DNA from: an uncultured Bdellovibrio sp.
GTDB lineage: Bacteria; Bdellovibrionota; Bdellovibrionia; Bdellovibrionales; Bdellovibrionaceae
Length of the DNA stretch: 64,000 bases
Direction of reading: 5' to 3'
Assembly (NCBI GenBank): GCA_963932905.1
Contig: CAWVRN010000023.1
Span: 10,372-74,371 of the forward strand
The position numbers and the translations under genes are program-made. Below are positions 58,759-64,000 of this stretch, piece by piece (position 1 is the first letter of the stretch; every line of letters starts with the position of its first letter). The notes under the pieces are model-generated. The model did not search any database. It saw nothing but the letters and a program-made list of their open reading frames with translations, and was not told the origin of the DNA.

Positions 58759-60123
58759 ATGACATTTAAAAAATCAAAGTTTCATTTTATTGGTATCGGT
58801 GGCATTGGCATGTGCGGTTTGGCCGAACTACTAAAGAACATGGGTCATGAAGTCAGTGGTAGTGATTTATCTGAAAATGCAAACACAGAAGATTTAAAAC
58901 GTAAAGGCATTCGTGTTTTTATCGGCCATGATCAATCACATTTGGGTGATGTAGACGTGGTCGTTTATAGTTCAGCCGTTAAGCAGGATAATCCAGAGTG
59001 GATCGCCGCTAAAGCAAAACAAATTCCGGTGATTCCACGAGCAGAAGCATTAAGCGAAATTATGCGTTCAAAGCGAGGTATCGCTGTCGCTGGAACTCAT
59101 GGCAAGACAACAACCACCAGTTTAATTTCATCTGTGTTTTTACAAGCAAATTTAAGTCCTACGATTGTTGTAGGTGGTCGGTTTGAAAAAATCGGGTCAA
59201 CGGCATTACTTGGCAGCGGTGAATGGATGATCGCTGAAGCTGACGAAAGCGACGGCAGTTTTCATAAACTGACTCCGGAAATTTCTATTATTACAAATAT
59301 AGATTCAGATCATTTAGATTTTTATAAAACGTTTGAAAATGTTCAAAAATCGTTCTCGCAATTTGCTCAACGTATTCCTTTTTATGGATCGGTTGTCGTT
59401 TGCGGCGACGATAAAGTAACAAAAAAATTATTTGAAAATTTTCCTAAACGGATTTTTTTCTACGGCTTTTCACCTGAAAATGATTTCTACTTGAAAGGCG
59501 AGAAAAGCGAATATGATATTTTTACTCATGATAAAAAGACAACTAAGGAAACTTTTGTGGGCCGATTGTCCTTGCAGGTTCCGGGCCGACATAATGCCTT
59601 AAATGCGTTGGCTGCTTTTGTGGCGGCCTATCAAGCCGGCATTCCTGTTGATACGATTTTGGCAGGTTTAAAAAATTTCCAAGGCGTGGATCGACGTTTC
59701 CAGTTCAAAGGTTCTATGGGAACTGTGCAAGTCTACGATGACTACGGTCATCATCCGACTGAAGTTCGCGCTGTTCTTGAAGCCTTTAAAGAAAAGTTTC
59801 CAGACCAAAGGCTGGTGACGATGTTTCAGCCTCATCGGTATTCGCGCACGCAAAGTTGCTGGAATGAATTTATCAATTGTTTCTACCTAACGGATGTTTT
59901 AGTGCTAACGGATATCTATGCCGGCGGTGAATCGCCGATCCCTAATATCACTGCCAAGCGCTTGTACGAAGAAATTCGTATAGATCATAAATTCTATATT
60001 CCTAATAATGCCTCTAAAATTGAAAGCCTTAAGAAGATTTTAAAACCCGGTGACATCTTCCTCACATTAGGTGCGGGTGATAATTGGAAAACTGGAATGT
60101 CACTGTTAGGTCCTGCGAAATAG
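58759..60123 (+). CDS. murC: UDP-MurNAc--L-Ala ligase
   Basis: GIGGIGM, GTHGKTTTT, EADESD, DDYGHHPTE, FQPHRYSRT. Confidence 0.97.
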   Translation: MTFKKSKFHFIGIGGIGMCGLAELLKNMGHEVSGSDLSENANTEDLKRKGIRVFIGHDQSHLGDVDVVVYSSAVKQDNPEWIAAKAKQIPVIPRAEALSEIMRSKRGIAVAGTHGKTTTTSLISSVFLQANLSPTIVVGGRFEKIGSTALLGSGEWMIAEADESDGSFHKLTPEISIITNIDSDHLDFYKTFENVQKSFSQFAQRIPFYGSVVVCGDDKVTKKLFENFPKRIFFYGFSPENDFYLKGEKSEYDIFTHDKKTTKETFVGRLSLQVPGRHNALNALAAFVAAYQAGIPVDTILAGLKNFQGVDRRFQFKGSMGTVQVYDDYGHHPTEVRAVLEAFKEKFPDQRLVTMFQPHRYSRTQSCWNEFINCFYLTDVLVLTDIYAGGESPIPNITAKRLYEEIRIDHKFYIPNNASKIESLKKILKPGDIFLTLGAGDNWKTGMSLLGPAK

Positions 60124-60131
60124 TCAGAACA

Positions 60132-60160
60132 TTGATCCCGTACTAAACTTCACATATAAT
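60132..60160 (+). promoter_or_regulatory. sigma70-like promoter of a four-gene envelope operon
   Basis: TTGATC-N17-TATAAT. Confidence 0.7.
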
Positions 60161-60194
60161 TTAAGAGTCGAATAATTTTTCGAAAAGGAAGTTT

Positions 60195-60944
60195 ATGAAA
60201 AACATGTTGTCTCTTTTATTGATTCTTGGTGTTTCTACAGTTCAAGCAAATCCTTTTGGCGATGCAGCGAAAGCATTAAACAACGCCGGAAATTCAGTTA
60301 ACCAAGCAGGTGAAGATTTAGCAAAAAAACAAGCCGAAGTCGAAGCTCATAAAAAAGCAGAAGCAGATAAGGCAGCAGCGGCAGCAAAAGCCGCGGAAGA
60401 TCAAAAGAAAGCTGAAGCGGAGAAAGCCGCAGCGGCACAGAAAAATTTAGAAGCCCAGAAAAAAACCGAAGCTGATAAAGCCGCAGCCGCGCAAAAACAA
60501 ATGGATGCTAGAAAAAATGCAGAAGCAGCTAAAGTAGCAGCCGCTCAAAAAGCGCTTGATGATAAGAAAAAAGTCGAAGCCGATAAAGTTGCCGCTGCAC
60601 AAAAGCAAGCGGAGGCTGCTAAACAAACGGCGGCGAAACACGCAGATACTGGTAAGTTAAAAGCAGTAACAGCGGCTGGTGCAAATCAAGTTCAACAAGG
60701 TGCCGCTACGGCACACGCATCTGGAGCGGCCGCTGTTCAAGCCGCTGGTTCAAATGCAAAAGCGGCGACAGCGGCTACGGCCAATACAGCTGATCAAGTT
60801 AAAGCAGCTGCTGGTAGCGTGAAAGTTCCCGAAGTTAAGGTACCAGATGTAAAAGCGCCTCAAGTTAAGGCGCCTCCTGTGACTCCACCGACGGTGACAG
60901 CGCCGACTGTAACTCCGCCTCAAGTCAAAATGCCGGGACAATAG
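60195..60944 (+). CDS. secreted Ala/Lys-rich (TolA-like composition) repeat protein
   Basis: Signal peptide ending VQA; 5 x 18-aa KKxEAxKxAAAxK repeats; 8 x V[KT]xPx pentapeptides. Confidence 0.85.
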   Translation: MKNMLSLLLILGVSTVQANPFGDAAKALNNAGNSVNQAGEDLAKKQAEVEAHKKAEADKAAAAAKAAEDQKKAEAEKAAAAQKNLEAQKKTEADKAAAAQKQMDARKNAEAAKVAAAQKALDDKKKVEADKVAAAQKQAEAAKQTAAKHADTGKLKAVTAAGANQVQQGAATAHASGAAAVQAAGSNAKAATAATANTADQVKAAAGSVKVPEVKVPDVKAPQVKAPPVTPPTVTAPTVTPPQVKMPGQ

Positions 60945-60947
60945 TTA

Positions 60948-61388
60948 GTGTTAAAAGTATTCCTACTTTTGTTTACGTGCGCGGCGGTTCTTTCTAGCTG
61001 CGCCGTTTTACACAGCGTTCAGATTGGTGAAATTGAAAGTTCGCCGGATTTGGTGTCTGTTCCCTTTGAAATCAAAGTCAGCGAATTCGGTATCGATCTA
61101 AATGATGTGAAGTCTACAGGCCGTATTTTGATGGATAAAAATAGTTCAGATAAGGCCAATGATGCTCTGACAGCGATTCAATACTTTCAAATGGGTCCGC
61201 ATACGGGGGCCGGTGTGTATAGCATCACTTATGTTGATCACCTAGAAAATAAAGTGCGTGAACAATGTCCAAGTGGTCGCATCACTGGCTTGATGAGCAT
61301 ACGTGAAACAGCAGAATATCCGGTAGTAAAAGGTGAGATTGTTAAAATTAAAGGCTTTTGTTTAAAAAGCAAAAGGGAAAATTTATGA
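60948..61388 (+). CDS. lipoprotein, paralogue 1 of 3
   Basis: Lipobox LSSC; QCPSGRITGL...KGFCL. Confidence 0.8.
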   Translation: MLKVFLLLFTCAAVLSSCAVLHSVQIGEIESSPDLVSVPFEIKVSEFGIDLNDVKSTGRILMDKNSSDKANDALTAIQYFQMGPHTGAGVYSITYVDHLENKVREQCPSGRITGLMSIRETAEYPVVKGEIVKIKGFCLKSKRENL

Positions 61389-61786
61389 AATTTGGCTTGT
61401 TAGCTATGGTGCTGGTGTTACTTAATGGATGCGTATCATTGAATTCTGTTTCGTTGACGTCGGTACCAGCAGATCGCAGCAAACGAGTGGCTGCCGCTTC
61501 GGAACGATTCATTTTTATGGGATTTAATTTTGATAATGACTATGTAAACTCAATTACCTCCGATTTGAAAACTCAGTGTCCGAATGGAACCGTAAGCGGC
61601 GTTTTGACTAAGTCAGAATCAATCAACTACTTCTTGTATATCTTTTGGAAAAGTAGAGTTAGTGCTAGCGGTTTTTGTCTGCCGGGAAAAATGGCGTCTG
61701 CCAATGAGCTAAATAGAAAACGTAAACCAACCGATGTTGGTGGCGAGGAGTCTGGAGTTGAATCAGAGGCAGCGGCGGTACAATGA
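61385..61786 (+). CDS. lipoprotein, paralogue 2 of 3
   Basis: Start MKFGLL (ATGA overlap); lipobox LNGC; QCPNGTVSGV...SGFCL. Confidence 0.8.
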   Translation: MKFGLLAMVLVLLNGCVSLNSVSLTSVPADRSKRVAAASERFIFMGFNFDNDYVNSITSDLKTQCPNGTVSGVLTKSESINYFLYIFWKSRVSASGFCLPGKMASANELNRKRKPTDVGGEESGVESEAAAVQ

Positions 61787-62115
61787 TAACAAAGAAAATA
61801 CTTCTTTTAATTTTCACGCTTACTTTTTCGACTTTTATCGGGTGTACGTATAGTGTTCATCAGGTTCCGATATCTGATTTTAAGCCATACACCAATGCCG
61901 CGTCTGGCAAGCCAGTTGAAGCCCGAGGAAGTCAATTTGTGGTGATGGGATTTACACAGGAAACTAATTATGTCGATCGTGCCTACACACAACTGCAAGG
62001 TCAATGTGTAGGTGGGACCGTTACGGGTATTGCGACAAAATCGTATTCAGAACATGGATTCTTTTCTTGGACCAACCATGTTCATATGCAAGGCCTTTGC
62101 GTTCGTGGAAACTAG
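61783..62115 (+). CDS. lipoprotein, paralogue 3 of 3
   Basis: Lipobox FIGC; QCVGGTVTGI...QGLCV. Confidence 0.8.
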   Translation: MITKKILLLIFTLTFSTFIGCTYSVHQVPISDFKPYTNAASGKPVEARGSQFVVMGFTQETNYVDRAYTQLQGQCVGGTVTGIATKSYSEHGFFSWTNHVHMQGLCVRGN

Positions 62116-63719
62116 GACGCTTTTTTTACTGCTTTTCCTTTTTCTGACCATGTATTGATTTTTTCTGATTTGTTTTCAGACATGTTGTTTGGAACAGATT
62201 TCATGCCGACGATAGTGCGAGTTAGGCTCTCCATTTGTTCTTTCAATTTATGAGCTTGCGAATTCAATGAATCACTCGCATTAGCGACCTCTTCAGCACT
62301 AGCTGCATTTAACTGCGTTACTTTGTCAAGTTCCAGTACTGAACGGTTGATGGCTTCCATCCCTGTCGATTGCTCTTGAGACGCGTTGGCTATTTCCGAA
62401 TTCAGTACATTTACTTTTTGTACTGCGATGACAATGCGATCTAAAGATTGGCCACTTTCTTTGGCGATGTCATAACCCTTCTGAATTTTATCGACGCTTT
62501 CTTTAATTAGACTCGAAATTTCTTTCGCAGAGATAGAAGACTTTTGAGCGAGTGTACGAACTGCTTCTGCAACTACGGCGAAACCTTTACCTTGTTCACC
62601 CGCGCGAGCTGCTTCGACAGCTGCATTGAGCGCTAGAAGGTTTGTTTGGAAAGAGATGTCATCTATAACGTTTGTGATTTCTTCAATTTTTTTAGAAGAG
62701 TTTGCGATCTCATCCATTGATTTAATTAATTGGTTAACTTGATTTTGACCTTCTTGGGCTTGCGCCTGGCATTCGTTGGCCAAGTCTTTTGCTTGAGATG
62801 AATTGTTAGCATTTAGTCTAATCATGCTAGATACTTCTTCTGTTGAGGCCGAGGTTTCTTCAATGGATGCCGCGGCTTCGGTGGCCGCATTACTTAAAGA
62901 CTGCGAAGAACTTTGAATTTCTTCACCGGCTGTATACAATGCCGATCCCACGGTATTTAATTGTTCGTTGATAGTAGCCAGATTTTTGAAGGAAGCACTA
63001 GTGATCATCATGGCAACACCGATAGAAATCGCCAAACCAATTAAACTAAATACTAAGAAAATAATAAGTCCTTCGGAAATAGCCGCTTTTGCAGAATCTT
63101 TTGATTGAATGACAGCAAATGCGGCATGCAGGTGCCCATCAGACCAGTTTTCCATTTTAAAACCAAGAATGTCTTTGCCGTTACCCCAAGGGGATGTTTT
63201 CGGATCACCATGGCAATTTAAACATCCTCGTTTTTCAGAAAGTCGAATTGGGCGATACACGATAACCATATCCGAGGTTGTTTCAATAATTTCTTTTTTT
63301 TCAGGATCGGTTTCAAACTGCCTTAGAATTTCAGACTCTTTAGACGTCGCTTTATTTTTAGTGTTGCGTGGTTCATTGCTGAATGCGCGAAATTCGTAAC
63401 CTTCTTCTTTGGCGCCATCAGAACCAACCATCAATGCTGCAAATATCGGAACTTGATTAAGTACCACGCGTTTTGCTTCTGGTGGTAAATTGCCGTCGGG
63501 ATAAGCCAGTTTCATTTTTTGAATAACATCAGTAAGACCACCTTGGGTAGCCACATAGGTAGCTGTTTTTTCCAATCGGGATAGTATCGCTCGGGATTTA
63601 CTAACTAAATCGGATTCACCCAAGTTGGAAATTTGGCGAACAGATGTAAAGACTTGAATTACTGATGACAAGACCACTGAAAGCGTAATTACTAAAATTA
63701 TTTTTTTAAACAGACTCAC
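62112..63719 (-). CDS. methyl-accepting chemotaxis protein with a periplasmic c-type heme (DUF3365-like) sensor
   Basis: PRNTKNKA..E, YRPIRL..GCLNCHG (CxxCH); MCP signalling motif. Confidence 0.93.
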   Translation of the reverse strand: MSLFKKIILVITLSVVLSSVIQVFTSVRQISNLGESDLVSKSRAILSRLEKTATYVATQGGLTDVIQKMKLAYPDGNLPPEAKRVVLNQVPIFAALMVGSDGAKEEGYEFRAFSNEPRNTKNKATSKESEILRQFETDPEKKEIIETTSDMVIVYRPIRLSEKRGCLNCHGDPKTSPWGNGKDILGFKMENWSDGHLHAAFAVIQSKDSAKAAISEGLIIFLVFSLIGLAISIGVAMMITSASFKNLATINEQLNTVGSALYTAGEEIQSSSQSLSNAATEAAASIEETSASTEEVSSMIRLNANNSSQAKDLANECQAQAQEGQNQVNQLIKSMDEIANSSKKIEEITNVIDDISFQTNLLALNAAVEAARAGEQGKGFAVVAEAVRTLAQKSSISAKEISSLIKESVDKIQKGYDIAKESGQSLDRIVIAVQKVNVLNSEIANASQEQSTGMEAINRSVLELDKVTQLNAASAEEVANASDSLNSQAHKLKEQMESLTRTIVGMKSVPNNMSENKSEKINTWSEKGKAVKKAS

Positions 63720-63750
63720 GGATCCCCCGAATTGATTTCTAACATGTGAC

Positions 63751-63778
63751 GAATCGGAATCTAGCGGCTGGAGATTGA
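63751..63778 (-). promoter_or_regulatory. sigma28-like promoter of heme MCP
   Basis: Minus strand TCAATCTC-N12-TCCGATTC. Confidence 0.45.
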
Positions 63779-64000
63779 GTCAAGGTTTCTTGATTCTAAA
63801 TTGAAACAGAAGACACCTTTGTCTAGCGATCGTTAAAAAATTTTCTGATTTTGTTTTATATCAAAGTTTTTTCTGACGTGGTAGGAAAAGCTAAGACAGT
63901 TTGAACTGGTCCCTTAGCCTGCGGCTAAGGCAAGTAAAATATCGTCAAATCAAGTGAATTTAAAACGTGCTCTCTAAAATCCAGAAAGATTCAACACGCT

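Noticed and set aside
48540..62700. Similar DNA between the two MCP genes (about 48540-48700 and 62540-62700, inverted)
   Set aside because: Explained by the conserved MCP signalling hairpin, not a mobile repeat.

Overview
About 64 kb of bacterial chromosome with roughly 55 protein-coding genes. I saw no rRNA, tRNA, CRISPR array, integrase or transposase. The gene content (flgM-flgN-flgK-flgL, csrA-fliW, many secreted hydrolases and lipoproteins, a split dcw cluster) suggests a Bdellovibrionota-like predatory bacterium; this is inference, with no database search. Core genes: menA/menB, suhB, rarD, uvrD/pcrA, recX-alaS, citrate synthase, nth, and mraY-murD-ftsW-murG-murC. Main observations: (1) a RelA/SpoT small-alarmone-synthetase-like protein at 52452-53573 that carries a Sec signal peptide, has a sigma54-like promoter and no neighbouring antitoxin or hydrolase, a candidate exported alarmone effector; (2) a lone C-x-x-hydrophobic-Y tag plus sigma54-like promoter shared between that protein and a second secreted orphan; (3) two copies of a structured non-coding element, with a 47/50-identical core and unrelated but self-complementary outer stems, upstream of flgK and csrA; (4) an XRE/membrane protein/signal peptidase cassette with three operator boxes at a 21-bp period, lying between flgL and csrA beside a 6x35-aa Cys-repeat protein; (5) several enzyme homologues missing catalytic residues (L,D-transpeptidase, PP2C, ALDH); (6) a recurring leaderless-promoter geometry for both sigma70-like and sigma28-like promoters. 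All family calls come from motif recognition by eye.
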